From: a bacterium
Lineage (GTDB): Bacteria; Ratteibacteria; UBA8468; B48-G9; JAFGKM01
NCBI GenBank assembly: GCA_035371905.1
Contig: DAORXQ010000001.1
Location: forward strand, 1 to 60,876
Direction of reading: 5' to 3'
Length of the DNA: 60,876 nucleotides
Shown: positions 1-9,661 of the stretch, one piece after another
How positions within the stretch are numbered: position 1 is the first letter of the stretch
How the letters are laid out: each line of letters opens with the position of its first letter
The notes under the pieces: model-generated
Told to the model about the DNA's origin: nothing
Seen by the model: the letters and a program-made list of their open reading frames with translations, nothing else
Database searches by the model: none
Translations under genes and position numbers: made by a program

Positions 1-46
1 TACACCTGACTGGAGAATAACAACAGGAATAACTTTAAACTGGTAA
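1..46 (+). CDS. 3' end (14 codons) of an upstream gene; C-terminus ..[14 protein letters not shown] resembles the last strand of an outer-membrane beta-barrel (e.g. TonB-dependent receptor)
   Basis: Frame starting at nt 2 is open from the window edge to TAA 44-46. Alternating hydrophobic residues end in an aromatic. Too short for a family call. Confidence 0.25.
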   Translation, partial: TPDWRITTGITLNW

Positions 47-59
47 AAGGGAGGAAATT

Positions 60-824
60 ATGAATAAGAAATTAGTTTTATATCTTTTTCTTTCAATTTT
101 TTTAAATTCTTTTGCTCACTTTGGAATGATTATACCTTCTCCTGACATTGTTGAGGAGAAAGAAAAAGCAAATATAAATTTAAAGATTTTATTTGCACAT
201 CCTTTTGAAGGAAAAACAATGGATATGGAAAAACCATCTGATTTTGGAGTATTTTTCAGAGGAGAAAAGATTTCATTGTTAAATGAGATTAAAGAAACAA
301 GTTATAAATTTTACTCTGATGAAAAGATACACAGAGGTTGGAGTTTAAGTTATACTTTGAAAAGACCCGGAGATTATATTTTTTACTGTATTCCTTCGCC
401 TTACTGGGAACCTGCTGAAGAAAAATATATAATTCACTATACAAAAGTTATTGTTAATGGATTTGGAATGGAAGATAGTTGGGATAAGGAAATAGGACTA
501 AAAGTTGAAATAGTACCTCTTGTCAGACCTTATGGAATTTATGCTGGTAATACCTTTTATGGAATTGTTAAATTTAATGGAAAACCCGTTCCTTTCTGTG
601 ATGTAGAAATTGAGTATTTTAATGAAAAGGGAAATATAAAAGCACCATATTCACCATTTATAACTCAAGTTGTTAAAACAGACCAAAATGGCGTATTCTA
701 TTATTCTTTTCCTAAAAGTGGATGGTATGGATTTTCAGCAATTTGTACAGATGAAAAAAAGATAAATGATAAAGAAGTTGAAGTTGCAGGAGTACTGTGG
801 ATTAAAGTTTATGAAATGAAATAA
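60..824 (+). CDS. Secreted DUF4198-type Ni/Co uptake protein (NikK-like periplasmic component)
   Basis: Signal peptide [20 protein letters not shown] followed by a beta-rich domain. SD AAGGGAGG lies 7 nt upstream. Sits directly ahead of cbiM/nikM (1-nt gap). Confidence 0.6.
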   Translation: MNKKLVLYLFLSIFLNSFAHFGMIIPSPDIVEEKEKANINLKILFAHPFEGKTMDMEKPSDFGVFFRGEKISLLNEIKETSYKFYSDEKIHRGWSLSYTLKRPGDYIFYCIPSPYWEPAEEKYIIHYTKVIVNGFGMEDSWDKEIGLKVEIVPLVRPYGIYAGNTFYGIVKFNGKPVPFCDVEIEYFNEKGNIKAPYSPFITQVVKTDQNGVFYYSFPKSGWYGFSAICTDEKKINDKEVEVAGVLWIKVYEMK

Positions 825-825
825 A

Positions 826-1413
826 ATGCATATATCAGAAGGGGTTTTGTCCGGACCTATTCTTGGAATAGGCGCTGTAATAACTTTGGCAGGGACATAT
901 AAAGGACTTAAAGATTTAGAATATAAGGATTATCCAAAGGTCTCTTTATTAACAAGTGCTTTTTTTGTTGCATCACTGGTACATGTTCCTGTGGGTCCTT
1001 CAAGTTCTCATCTTGTTTTAAATGGCCTTTGCGGAATAATTCTTGGCTGGAAAAGTTTTCCTTGTATCTTACTTGCTTTATTCTTACAGGCATTATTATT
1101 TCAATTTGGAGGTCTTACAACACTTGGAATAAATACGGCAAATATGGCGATTCCTGCGGTAATTTCTTATTATATTTTCAAACCATTTTTAAAGAAAAAT
1201 TATTTTTTAACAGGTTTTCTTTCAGGCTTTTTTTCAATTATTCTATCATGTGTTTTTGTATTTTTCTCTCTTTATTTTACAGGTAGTTTTTTTGAAAATG
1301 TTGGAAAAACTATTTTTGTAGTTCATCTACCAATTGCAGTTATTGAAGGTTTTATAACCGGCTTTATTCTTTCTTTTTTAAGTAAAACAAAAAAGGAATT
1401 ACTGGAGGTATAA
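826..1413 (+). CDS. cbiM: ECF transporter substrate-capture subunit CbiM/NikM
   Basis: Characteristic N-terminus MHISEGVL and polytopic membrane profile. Lies in an operon with Q and O components. Confidence 0.85.
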   Translation: MHISEGVLSGPILGIGAVITLAGTYKGLKDLEYKDYPKVSLLTSAFFVASLVHVPVGPSSSHLVLNGLCGIILGWKSFPCILLALFLQALLFQFGGLTTLGINTANMAIPAVISYYIFKPFLKKNYFLTGFLSGFFSIILSCVFVFFSLYFTGSFFENVGKTIFVVHLPIAVIEGFITGFILSFLSKTKKELLEV

Positions 1414-1971
1414 ATGAAAAAATTAATTTTTATATTTTTTATTTTTTCAGTCATTACTTTTGCTCACAAAATAAATATTTTTACTTATAAGGAAGGAAAT
1501 AAAATTTTTGTTGAGGGATATTTTCAGGATGGTTCTCCATGTAAAAATTCACCTGTTGAGGTATATAACGAAAAAAGTGAAAAAATTCTTGATGGAAAAA
1601 CTGATGAAAAAGGCATTTTCTCTTTTGATATTCCGGATGCAGAAAAAATTAAAATTGTTCTTACCGCTGATATGGGTCATAAAGTAGAAACAGAAATGGA
1701 ATTGAAGAAAAAAACTGAAATTAAAAAAGAAGAAAAAAAGGTAGAGAAAAAGGAAGAAAAAACTGAAATACAAAAAGGAATTGATGAAGAAAAAATAAAA
1801 GAGATAGTAGAAGAAAGTGTTGAAAAAGCAATAAACCCCCTTATAAAAGAAATAGAAAAAGAAAAACAGAAAATAAAATTGACAGATATAATTGGAGGGA
1901 TTGGTTATATTTTTGGCATATTAGGGATTTACCTTTATTTCCGAGGACGGTCCTCAGAATGGAAAAAATAG
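1414..1971 (+). CDS. Accessory membrane-anchored protein of the Ni/Co ECF system (NikL/CbiN position)
   Basis: N-terminal TM/signal, a small beta-sandwich-like domain, a K/E-rich linker and a C-terminal TM (IIGGIGYIFGILGIYLYF). Occupies the slot between the M and Q genes. Confidence 0.45.
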   Translation: MKKLIFIFFIFSVITFAHKINIFTYKEGNKIFVEGYFQDGSPCKNSPVEVYNEKSEKILDGKTDEKGIFSFDIPDAEKIKIVLTADMGHKVETEMELKKKTEIKKEEKKVEKKEEKTEIQKGIDEEKIKEIVEESVEKAINPLIKEIEKEKQKIKLTDIIGGIGYIFGILGIYLYFRGRSSEWKK

Positions 1972-2669
1972 ACCCTAGATTACGACTTTTAACTTCTTTT
2001 GTTTACTCTATATTTGTTGCTCTTGAAAGAAATTTTGAAATTTTTAAATTTTACCTTATTCTGCCAGTAATTTTATTTTTTTTTATCACAGATTTTAAAA
2101 AATTTTTTAAAGGGCTTATTTCTGTAAATCTTTTTATATTTCTATGCTGGCTTTTTCTACCTTTAAGTATTCCTGGAAAAGAAGTTTTCCGCTTTTTGAA
2201 ATTTTCGGTGACCTATGAAGGAATAAGATATACTCTTTTAATTACAATTAAGGCAAATCTAATCTTTTTAACAAATTTTGTTTTAATTTTTTCAACCCAT
2301 CCCATAAGAATTATTCATGCCTTGCATCATCTTCATTTACCCAAAAAACTTATTAATATCTTCTTTCTTTCAACGAGATATATTCCTGTGATAGAGAAAG
2401 AAAAAAATAGAATTCAAAAAGCAATGAAAATAAGATGTTTTGTCCCTAAAAATAATATCCACACATATAAAACAATAGGAAATTTTGTAGGAATTTTACT
2501 TTTAAGGTCATATGAAAGAAGTGAAAGAATTTATAAAGCAATGATTTTAAGGAACTTTTCCGGAATATTCTGGACATATCATCATTTTGTATGGTCAAAA
2601 AAGGATACATTCGTTAGTTTCTGTGTTATAATTTATTTTCTATGGATAATAATTTTAAAAATCCACTGA
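1959..2669 (+). CDS. cbiQ: ECF transporter transmembrane (T) component CbiQ/NikQ
   Basis: Polytopic membrane protein with a CbiQ-like profile. It has the conserved Arg-containing coupling region (STRYIPVIEKEKNRIQKAMKIR). Overlaps its neighbours. Confidence 0.8.
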   Translation: MEKIDPRLRLLTSFVYSIFVALERNFEIFKFYLILPVILFFFITDFKKFFKGLISVNLFIFLCWLFLPLSIPGKEVFRFLKFSVTYEGIRYTLLITIKANLIFLTNFVLIFSTHPIRIIHALHHLHLPKKLINIFFLSTRYIPVIEKEKNRIQKAMKIRCFVPKNNIHTYKTIGNFVGILLLRSYERSERIYKAMILRNFSGIFWTYHHFVWSKKDTFVSFCVIIYFLWIIILKIH

Positions 2670-3313
2670 TTGAACTTAAAAATATAACTGTTTCATATCC
2701 TGAAAGAGGAAAAGTCCTTGATAATCTTTCCCTTTCAATTTCAGAGAAGGATAGAATTGGAATAAAAGGAGCAAATGGTTCCGGAAAAACATCCTTACTT
2801 TATACAATTGTTGGTCTTGTAAAAATAGAAAAGGGAGAGATAAAAATATTCGGTAAAAAGATGGAAAAAGAGAGTGATTTTGTTGAGGTAAGAAAAAAAA
2901 TCGGTTTTCTGTTTCAGGACTCTGATGACCAGTTATTTTCTCCTACTGTTGAAGAAGATATTGCTTTTGGACCATTAAATTTAAGATTACCAAAGGAAGA
3001 AGTAAAAGAAAGGGTTGAAAGGACTATAAAACTTCTTGGTATAGAGAATTTAAAACACAGATTTTCCCATACACTTTCTTATGGAGAAAAAAGAATTGTA
3101 GCAATTGCAACAATTCTATCAATGGAACCTGAAATATATCTCCTTGATGAGCCAACAACAGGTCTTGATGAAAAAACAAGCCAGATAATTGAAAAATTTT
3201 TAATTCAGAATAATCTTACCTATTTAATGGTAAGCCATGATATAAATTTTCTTGAAAGGGTCTGCAATAAAATATATCTTCTTGAAAATGGCTCTCTCCT
3301 TTCAATAAAATAA
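2642..3313 (+). CDS. cbiO: ECF transporter ATPase CbiO/NikO
   Basis: Walker A GANGSGKT, ABC signature LSYGEKRIV, Walker B IYLLDEPT. Confidence 0.9.
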   Translation: MDNNFKNPLIELKNITVSYPERGKVLDNLSLSISEKDRIGIKGANGSGKTSLLYTIVGLVKIEKGEIKIFGKKMEKESDFVEVRKKIGFLFQDSDDQLFSPTVEEDIAFGPLNLRLPKEEVKERVERTIKLLGIENLKHRFSHTLSYGEKRIVAIATILSMEPEIYLLDEPTTGLDEKTSQIIEKFLIQNNLTYLMVSHDINFLERVCNKIYLLENGSLLSIK

Positions 3314-3319
3314 TTTTTA

Positions 3320-3328
3320 TGCTAAAAT
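3320..3328 (+). promoter_or_regulatory. Extended -10 element TGcTAAAAT, 6 nt upstream of the rpe ATG (leaderless candidate)
   Basis: tgcTAAAATttttctATG read directly; no SD between the box and the start. Confidence 0.4.
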
Positions 3329-3334
3329 TTTTCT

Positions 3335-3985
3335 ATGGTTAAAATTGCTCCTTCTTTACTTTCTGCTGATTTTTCTCGTTTAGGAGAAGAGGTGAAGAAA
3401 GTTACAGAGGCAGGTGCTGATTTGATTCATTTTGATGTTATGGATGGACATTTTGTTCCAAATTTAACTTTTGGTCCAATGGTTCTTGCTGCAATAAGAA
3501 GATATTCACATCTACCATTTGAGGCACACTTAATGATAACAAACCCTGAAAAATACTGGAAAAATTTTGCTGATAGTGGAGCGGATATAATAGGAATACA
3601 TATAGAATGTGAAGTTGACCATAAATACATAATTACAGAAATACAGAAATATGGTAAAAGAGCATGTATTGTAATAAACCCACCCACTCCGGTTGAGAAA
3701 ATTTATCCTGTTTTAGAAATGGTTGATATGGTTTTGATTATGACTGTTAATCCTGGATTTGGAGGACAGAAATTTATATATGAGGTAGTTGAAAAAATAA
3801 AAAAAGTGAATGAATACAGAAAGAATAAGAAATTAAATTTTGAAATTGAGGTAGATGGTGGTATAAATAAAGAGACAGGAAAAATTGTGGTAGAAAATGG
3901 AGTTGATATACTTGTTGCTGGTAATTACATTTTTTCAGGGAATGACTATAAAGAAAGGATTGAAAGTTTAAGATGGAAAAGATAA
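3335..3985 (+). CDS. rpe: Ribulose-phosphate 3-epimerase
   Basis: IAPSLLSADFSRLGEEV, HFDVMDGHFVPNLTFGP, VNPGFGGQKF, VDGGI motifs. Confidence 0.9.
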   Translation: MVKIAPSLLSADFSRLGEEVKKVTEAGADLIHFDVMDGHFVPNLTFGPMVLAAIRRYSHLPFEAHLMITNPEKYWKNFADSGADIIGIHIECEVDHKYIITEIQKYGKRACIVINPPTPVEKIYPVLEMVDMVLIMTVNPGFGGQKFIYEVVEKIKKVNEYRKNKKLNFEIEVDGGINKETGKIVVENGVDILVAGNYIFSGNDYKERIESLRWKR

Positions 3986-5163
3986 GTTTTGAAGAATTGA
4001 AAAAAATACTTGAAAGAAAAGAAGAAGATATAGAAAAAGGTGTAAAGGAAATTATAAAAAGAGTTAAAGAAGAAGGAGATAAAGCAATATTTTATTATAC
4101 TGAAAAGTTTGATAGAGTAAAACTTGAAAATTTAAAGGTGAATGAGGATGAGATAAAAGAAAGCAGAAAATACTTAAAAGGAGAAATTTTTGAATACATT
4201 AAAAAAGCAAAAGAAAGAATAGAAAAATATCATAAAAAACAGTTGCCAAAAGGATTTAAAATAAAGGAAAAATATATTGAAATCGAATTCAGGTATCAGC
4301 CAATTGAAAAAGTTGGTATATATATTCCAGGAGGGCAATCCCCTTTAATTTCAACAATTTTAATGACAGTAATTCCAGCAAAAGTTGCAACTGTTAAGGA
4401 AATATATGTCTGCTCACCACCTTCTTATAATGGGAAAATTCATCCTTTAATAATCGCAACATGTGATTATCTTGGAATTAAAAATATTTTTTCTGCTGGT
4501 GGTGTGTGTGCAATAAGTGCTTTTGCTTTTGGGACAGAGACAATTCCTAAGGTTGATTTAATAGCGGGTCCTGGGAATAAATATGTAAATTGTGCTAAAA
4601 AGTTATTATTTGGAAAGGTCGGAATTGATTTACCAGCAGGACCGAGCGAAGTTGTTATTTTTTCAGATAGTTCTGGAATTCCTGATTTTATTGAATATGA
4701 TTTAAAGGCACAGATTGAACATACTGATGGAACTGGGATTTTAATAACAACAGATGAAAAAATTGGCAAAAATATAGAAAAAAAAGTTGAAAAAGGATAC
4801 TGGATTCTTGTTAAAAATGAAAAAGAAGCAATTGAAATAATAAACTATATAGCACCAGAACATTTAGAGGTAATTTCAAAAAAACCTTTTCTCTTTAAAA
4901 ATTGTAAGGCAGGAGCGATATTTATAGGGAATTATACACCTGTAACAATAGGTGATTATTTTGCAGGTCCTTCTCATGTATTACCAACAGGAATGTCAGC
5001 AAACTTTTCTTCAGGTCTTTCTGTATTTACTTTTTTAAGGAGTTTTGCAGTTATAAAATGTAAAAAAGAATTTATAAAAGAGTACGGTAAATACATAGAA
5101 AAAATAGCAGAGGTAGAAAAACTTGAAAGCCATAAGAATTCAATAAAAATAAGAAAATCATAG
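3973..5163 (+). CDS. hisD: Histidinol dehydrogenase
   Basis: 396 aa. VGIYIPGG...PLISTILMTVIPAKVA, AGPSEV, EHLE and PTG..A.FSSGLSV motifs are typical of HisD. Confidence 0.85.
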   Translation: MEKISFEELKKILERKEEDIEKGVKEIIKRVKEEGDKAIFYYTEKFDRVKLENLKVNEDEIKESRKYLKGEIFEYIKKAKERIEKYHKKQLPKGFKIKEKYIEIEFRYQPIEKVGIYIPGGQSPLISTILMTVIPAKVATVKEIYVCSPPSYNGKIHPLIIATCDYLGIKNIFSAGGVCAISAFAFGTETIPKVDLIAGPGNKYVNCAKKLLFGKVGIDLPAGPSEVVIFSDSSGIPDFIEYDLKAQIEHTDGTGILITTDEKIGKNIEKKVEKGYWILVKNEKEAIEIINYIAPEHLEVISKKPFLFKNCKAGAIFIGNYTPVTIGDYFAGPSHVLPTGMSANFSSGLSVFTFLRSFAVIKCKKEFIKEYGKYIEKIAEVEKLESHKNSIKIRKS

Positions 5164-5246
5164 TTAAACCAACCTTATCTGAAAAAGTATTTTACTTTGA
5201 CAATTTGAGAAATTTGGGTTAATTCTTAAAAGGATAAAAAATAAAA

Positions 5247-5924
5247 ATGAAAAAGAAAATTAAAATTTCACCGTCCTTAATGTGTGCGGATTTATCACAA
5301 CTTGGTGAAGAAGTGAAAAAACTTGAAGAAGCAGGTGCAGATTCGTTTCATTTTGATATTATGGATAATAAATTTGTACCAAATATCACATTTGGTCCTG
5401 ATATAGTAGAATCATTGAGAGAAAAAACATTTTTACCTTTTGAAATTCATATGATGGTTTATCAACCGGAAAATTTGATTGAAAAATTTATAAAAGCAGG
5501 TGGCAATATTATAATAGTCCATTATGAAGCAGTACTTTATCCTTATAGAATTTTAAATGAGTTAAAAAATAAAAATATAAAAACAGGCATTGCGATAAAC
5601 CCTAAAACCCCTGTATGCTGTATTGAAGAACTTATTAAAGAAATTGATACAGTTCTTGTTATGTGTGTGGAACCTGGATTTGCAGGTGGAAATTTCATTC
5701 CTTCATCAATTAAAAAAATAAAGGAAATTAAAAATATTGCAGAAAAAGTTAATTCTGATTTATCCATTGAGGTAGATGGTGGAGTCAATGAAAAAACTAT
5801 TCCCTTATTAATTAAAGAAGGAGCAGATATATTTGTTTTAGGTTCAACAAGTATATTTAGAGAAGAAAGAGATTATAAAAAAAGAATTAAAGATATCAGA
5901 AAGTTAATAGAAAAATACTTATGA
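5247..5924 (+). CDS. Second ribulose-phosphate 3-epimerase family paralog (pentose/hexulose-phosphate 3-epimerase)
   Basis: ISPSLMCADLSQLGEEV, HFDIMDNKFVPNITFGP, VEPGFAGGNF, VDGGV. Its TGA overlaps the ATG of the ribokinase gene. Confidence 0.8.
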   Translation: MKKKIKISPSLMCADLSQLGEEVKKLEEAGADSFHFDIMDNKFVPNITFGPDIVESLREKTFLPFEIHMMVYQPENLIEKFIKAGGNIIIVHYEAVLYPYRILNELKNKNIKTGIAINPKTPVCCIEELIKEIDTVLVMCVEPGFAGGNFIPSSIKKIKEIKNIAEKVNSDLSIEVDGGVNEKTIPLLIKEGADIFVLGSTSIFREERDYKKRIKDIRKLIEKYL

Positions 5925-6844
5925 AAAGGACTCCTGTAATTACTGTTATTGGTTCTTCAAATATTGATCTGGTGGTCAAAACTTCGCATTATCCATCTCC
6001 TGGAGAAACTGTTTTTGGAAAGCAATTTTTTATGTGTCCTGGTGGAAAAGGTGCAAATCAGGCAGTTGTGGCTTCAAGATTGGGTGCAAAGGTAAATTTT
6101 ATATCCTGTATTGGAAATGACTTTTTTGGAGATGTAATTATAAAAAATTTAAAGAAAGAGAATATAAAAACGGAATCTATTATTCGTGACCCTGGAAGTC
6201 CATCAGGTATTGCATTAATTATTATTGATAAAAAAGGTGAAAATTCAATAGTAGTAAATCCTGGAGCAAATTACAAATTAGGGAAAAAGGATATTGAAAA
6301 ACATAAAAAACTTATATTTTCTTCAGATATCCTTCTTCTTCAACTGGAAATACCAATTGATACTGTAGAATATGCTGTAAAACTTGCCAAAAAGAAAAAT
6401 ATCCCTGTTATTCTCAATCCAGCACCAGCGAAAAAAATCCCTGATAGTTTACTTAAAAATATTGATATTCTTACACCAAATAAAATTGAACTTGAAAAGT
6501 TAACAGGCGAAAATTTAAATTCAATCAATTCAATAAAAAAAGCATCTTATAAATTACTACACAAAGGGATAAAGACAGTTATAGTTACTCTTGGAGAAAG
6601 AGGAGTATTTTTAGTTACAAAAACTTTAAGTGAAATTGTACCTTCAAAAAAAGTAAAGGCAGTTGATACAACAGGTGCTGGAGATGCTTTCAATGGTGCA
6701 CTCGCATTTGCTATTGCAGAAGGGAAAGATTTGACACAAGCAGTTTATTTTGCTAATATTGTTGCTGCTTTGACAGTCACAAAAATAGGTGCCCAATCAT
6801 CTCCAGGAAAAGAAGAAGTTGAAAAATTTCTGAAGAACCCTTAA
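5921..6844 (+). CDS. rbsK: Ribokinase (PfkB family)
   Basis: GGKGANQAVVASRLGA near the N-terminus and DTTGAGDAFNGALAF near the C-terminus. Confidence 0.85.
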   Translation: MKRTPVITVIGSSNIDLVVKTSHYPSPGETVFGKQFFMCPGGKGANQAVVASRLGAKVNFISCIGNDFFGDVIIKNLKKENIKTESIIRDPGSPSGIALIIIDKKGENSIVVNPGANYKLGKKDIEKHKKLIFSSDILLLQLEIPIDTVEYAVKLAKKKNIPVILNPAPAKKIPDSLLKNIDILTPNKIELEKLTGENLNSINSIKKASYKLLHKGIKTVIVTLGERGVFLVTKTLSEIVPSKKVKAVDTTGAGDAFNGALAFAIAEGKDLTQAVYFANIVAALTVTKIGAQSSPGKEEVEKFLKNP

Positions 6845-6851
6845 ATAAATT

Positions 6852-6880
6852 TTGACTTAAAAATAAAAAAGATTTAAACT
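6852..6880 (+). promoter_or_regulatory. Sigma70-type promoter TTGACT-N17-TAAACT
   Basis: Hexamers and the 17-nt spacer were counted directly. Lies about 30 nt upstream of the ATG at 6912. Confidence 0.45.
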
Positions 6881-6911
6881 TTTTAACTATTAAATAAACA
6901 GGAAATTAAAA

Positions 6912-7574
6912 ATGAAAAATAAAAAAATAGGCTTCACATTGATAGAACTTCTTGTGGTAATTGCAATTATAGCAATTCTTGCTGGTATGCTTTTACCTGC
7001 ATTAAGTAAAGCAAGAGAAAAAGCAAGACAAGCCACCTGCATGAATAATTTAAAACAGTTATATGTTGCTCTTGAGATGTATGCTAATGATAATGAAGAG
7101 TTTTATCCTTTCTGTCAAGGGAGATGTTTCTGGGGAACAGGAAATATCAGTCCACCACCAAATCTTGGATATCCTGGCTGGACAGAACAACTCTATTCTT
7201 ATGTAAAAAATAAAAATATTTACAGATGTCCTACCTATCCTGTTAAAAATGACCAATTTACTTATTTTTTAAGTGCAAGAGCAGCATATATTGATGCAGG
7301 AAATCAGAGAGCGGCAACAAACAGAAAAAAAATAAGATATCCGAGTGCTTTTGTTCTTGCAGGAGATAATGAGTATAAAAATTTTGAAGTGAATGACAAT
7401 GATAAGGATGACTATTCTCAGAATTGTTTGAGTTGGGAAGAAACAGAAGACCACTGGGCACCATACCATCTTGGTGGATTAAATGTATTGTTTGCTGATG
7501 GACATGTCTCATGGATTAGGGAATATGACCCCCAAAAAATAACTTTCAGATATTATGATTTTTCAAATTGGTAA
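6912..7574 (+). CDS. Prepilin-type N-terminal cleavage/methylation protein with DUF1559-like H-X9-DG C-terminus
   Basis: [46 protein letters not shown] followed by LFADGHVSW near the C-terminus. Confidence 0.8.
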   Translation: MKNKKIGFTLIELLVVIAIIAILAGMLLPALSKAREKARQATCMNNLKQLYVALEMYANDNEEFYPFCQGRCFWGTGNISPPPNLGYPGWTEQLYSYVKNKNIYRCPTYPVKNDQFTYFLSARAAYIDAGNQRAATNRKKIRYPSAFVLAGDNEYKNFEVNDNDKDDYSQNCLSWEETEDHWAPYHLGGLNVLFADGHVSWIREYDPQKITFRYYDFSNW

Positions 7575-7582
7575 AAATGTTG

Positions 7583-7588
7583 TAAAAT
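7583..7588 (+). promoter_or_regulatory. -10 box TAAAAT 6 nt upstream of the hisB ATG (leaderless candidate)
   Basis: ttgTAAAATatttctATG. Nearly the same spacing and sequence as the element in front of rpe. Confidence 0.35.
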
Positions 7589-7594
7589 ATTTCT

Positions 7595-8179
7595 ATGCCC
7601 AGAAAGAAAAAATTTAAAAGGAAAACAAAAGAGACAGATATTGAAATTGAAATCAATCTTGATGGAAAGGGGGATTCTGAAATTGAAACACCGATAGGTT
7701 TTTTAAATCATATGCTTGAATTATTTTCAAAATTTTCAAATTTTGATTTAAAAATAAAAGCAAAAGGAGATATAGAGGTTGATAATCATCATCTTGTTGA
7801 AGATACAGGAATATGTCTTGGTTCAGCAATAAAAGAAGCACTCGGAGATAAAAAGGGAATTAAAAGATTTGGATTTTCTTCAACTCCAATGGATGAAGTT
7901 CTTGTTAATATTTCTCTTGACATTTCAGGAAGACCCTACCTTGTTTTTAATGTTCCAATTATAAAAGGAAGAGAAGGGAGTTTTGAAATTGAAGATTCAA
8001 AAGAATTTTTGAAGGGTTTTGTTAATCATCTTGGACTTACACTTCATATAAATCTTGTTTATGGAGATAACTTACATCATATTCTTGAGGGTATTTTCAA
8101 GGGGATTGGGCTGGCACTTAAAGAAGCGGTAAAAATAGAAGGGAAAAAATTACCATCCACTAAAGGGAAGATTGATTAA
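7595..8179 (+). CDS. hisB: Imidazoleglycerol-phosphate dehydratase
   Basis: RKTKETDIEIEINLDG, GFLNHML, DNHHLVEDTGI, HHILEGIFKG motifs. Confidence 0.9.
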   Translation: MPRKKKFKRKTKETDIEIEINLDGKGDSEIETPIGFLNHMLELFSKFSNFDLKIKAKGDIEVDNHHLVEDTGICLGSAIKEALGDKKGIKRFGFSSTPMDEVLVNISLDISGRPYLVFNVPIIKGREGSFEIEDSKEFLKGFVNHLGLTLHINLVYGDNLHHILEGIFKGIGLALKEAVKIEGKKLPSTKGKID

Positions 8180-8181
8180 AA

Positions 8182-8879
8182 ATGAATTTCAATAACCTAA
8201 AAAAACTTTATGAAGAGTATAAAAATAAATTTGGGAAAATGCATATAATAAAATTTCTGATTTACTAAAAGAAGCCAAAGAAATTCATAAAAAGGACTGG
8301 TTAAAAAATCCAACTCCAAACAAAGACCATGAACAATCATGGAGATCATTTAAAGGGAAAAATCTGGAAAAACTGATACATTATATCATAAAAGATGCTG
8401 TTGAGGAATTAGGATTAAAAATAATAGAAGGAAATACCTTGGAAAGAAAAAAAGCAGAAAATTTGACAGAGGAACTTTCAAAAGTTAAAAGAAATTTGTT
8501 GGTGGATTATGGAGAATATGGTTCACATTTACCCGATGTTGATTTGATAATATATGAACCTGAAAGTTGTAAAATTATTGCTGTTATTTCCAGTAAAGTT
8601 ACTTTAAGAGAAAGGATTGCACAAACAGGTTATTGGAAAATCAAACTTTCTCAGGATAAAATAACAAAAGATATAAAAGTATTTTTTATTACACCCGATG
8701 AAGATAGAACATTGAGTAATAAAAAGCCATGTAAAAAAGGCAGGGCAATTGTTGAAATTGACACAAATGGAGGGTATATTTTAAATGAAGAAAGTATAGA
8801 GGAAAGTGAAAAAGTAAAAAAATTTGACAAATTTGTTCATGATTTAAAAAAACTATTAGGAAAAAATGAAAAGACATAA
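8182..8879 (+). pseudogene. Type II restriction endonuclease (PD-(D/E)XK-like), reading frame broken after codon 17
   Basis: ATG at 8182 gives MNFNNLKKLYEEYKNKF, then hits a stop. The coherent continuation WENAYNKISDLLKEAKEIHKKDW...PDVDLIIYE...VISSKV runs in the -1 frame from 8232 to 8879. One missing T in the ttt(t)ggg run at 8230-8232 restores a 232-aa ORF. Overlaps the methylase gene by 14 nt. Confidence 0.55.
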
Positions 8880-9645
8880 AAAAGAAGTTAGTTTATTTGA
8901 ATCTTTTATAAAAGAAGAAGATTTAATAGAAGAAAAAGAAAGTACAGAAGAAGATGAAAAACCACCTTTTGAAACAACAACACTCTGGGATTACCCTAAA
9001 CAAAGTTATGGAAAAAAAACAAAAGGAGATAATAAATTTCAAGGTGTAACTCCTGCTTTTATAATCTGGAATTTAATACAAAGATATACAAAACTAGGAG
9101 ATTTAGTAGTTGATCCAATGGCAGGAAGTGGAACCACAATTGATGTTTGTGAAGAAGAAGGAAGGAGAGTTATTGGGTATGATATAAACCCAAAGCATCC
9201 CAAAGTAATAAAAAATGATTCCAGACATATTCCTTTACCTGATAATTCAGTTGATATGGTTTTTATAGATTCTCCTTATGGAGATAATGTAAATTATTCC
9301 GATGACCCAAAATTTTATGAAGAACTTGAAAAAGTCGCTATCGAGATTAAAAGAATTCTTAAGCCAGGAAAAGTATTAGGATGGTTAATAGGAAATCAAT
9401 GGGTTAAAGGGAAATTTACTCCTGTTGGATTTAAAGTTTATCAAATGCTTGAAAAACATTTTGAACCTATAGATATAATATGCGTGGCAAGAAGGGGACA
9501 AAGTTCAAATACACCTTTGTGGCATTACAGAGCAAGAAAATTTAATTTCTTTTTAAGAGGGTTTAAGTATTTACTGTTATTTAGAAAAGAAGAAAAAAAG
9601 GAAGAAGAAAGAAATAGAAAGATAAAGTGGAAGAAATATAAGTAA
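8866..9645 (+). CDS. DNA methyltransferase (N6-adenine or N4-cytosine type)
   Basis: AdoMet motif VVDPMAGSGTT and catalytic-type motif FIDSPYG (D/S-P-P-Y class). Adjacent to the endonuclease-like gene. Confidence 0.75.
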   Translation: MKRHKKEVSLFESFIKEEDLIEEKESTEEDEKPPFETTTLWDYPKQSYGKKTKGDNKFQGVTPAFIIWNLIQRYTKLGDLVVDPMAGSGTTIDVCEEEGRRVIGYDINPKHPKVIKNDSRHIPLPDNSVDMVFIDSPYGDNVNYSDDPKFYEELEKVAIEIKRILKPGKVLGWLIGNQWVKGKFTPVGFKVYQMLEKHFEPIDIICVARRGQSSNTPLWHYRARKFNFFLRGFKYLLLFRKEEKKEEERNRKIKWKKYK

Positions 9646-9661
9646 AATTATCTTTACAAAA

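Noticed and set aside
1943-1955. GC-rich palindrome GAGGAC-G-GTCCTC at the nikL/nikQ junction
   Set aside because: A 1-nt loop cannot form an RNA hairpin. It lies inside overlapping coding sequence, and a single occurrence gives no evidence of function.
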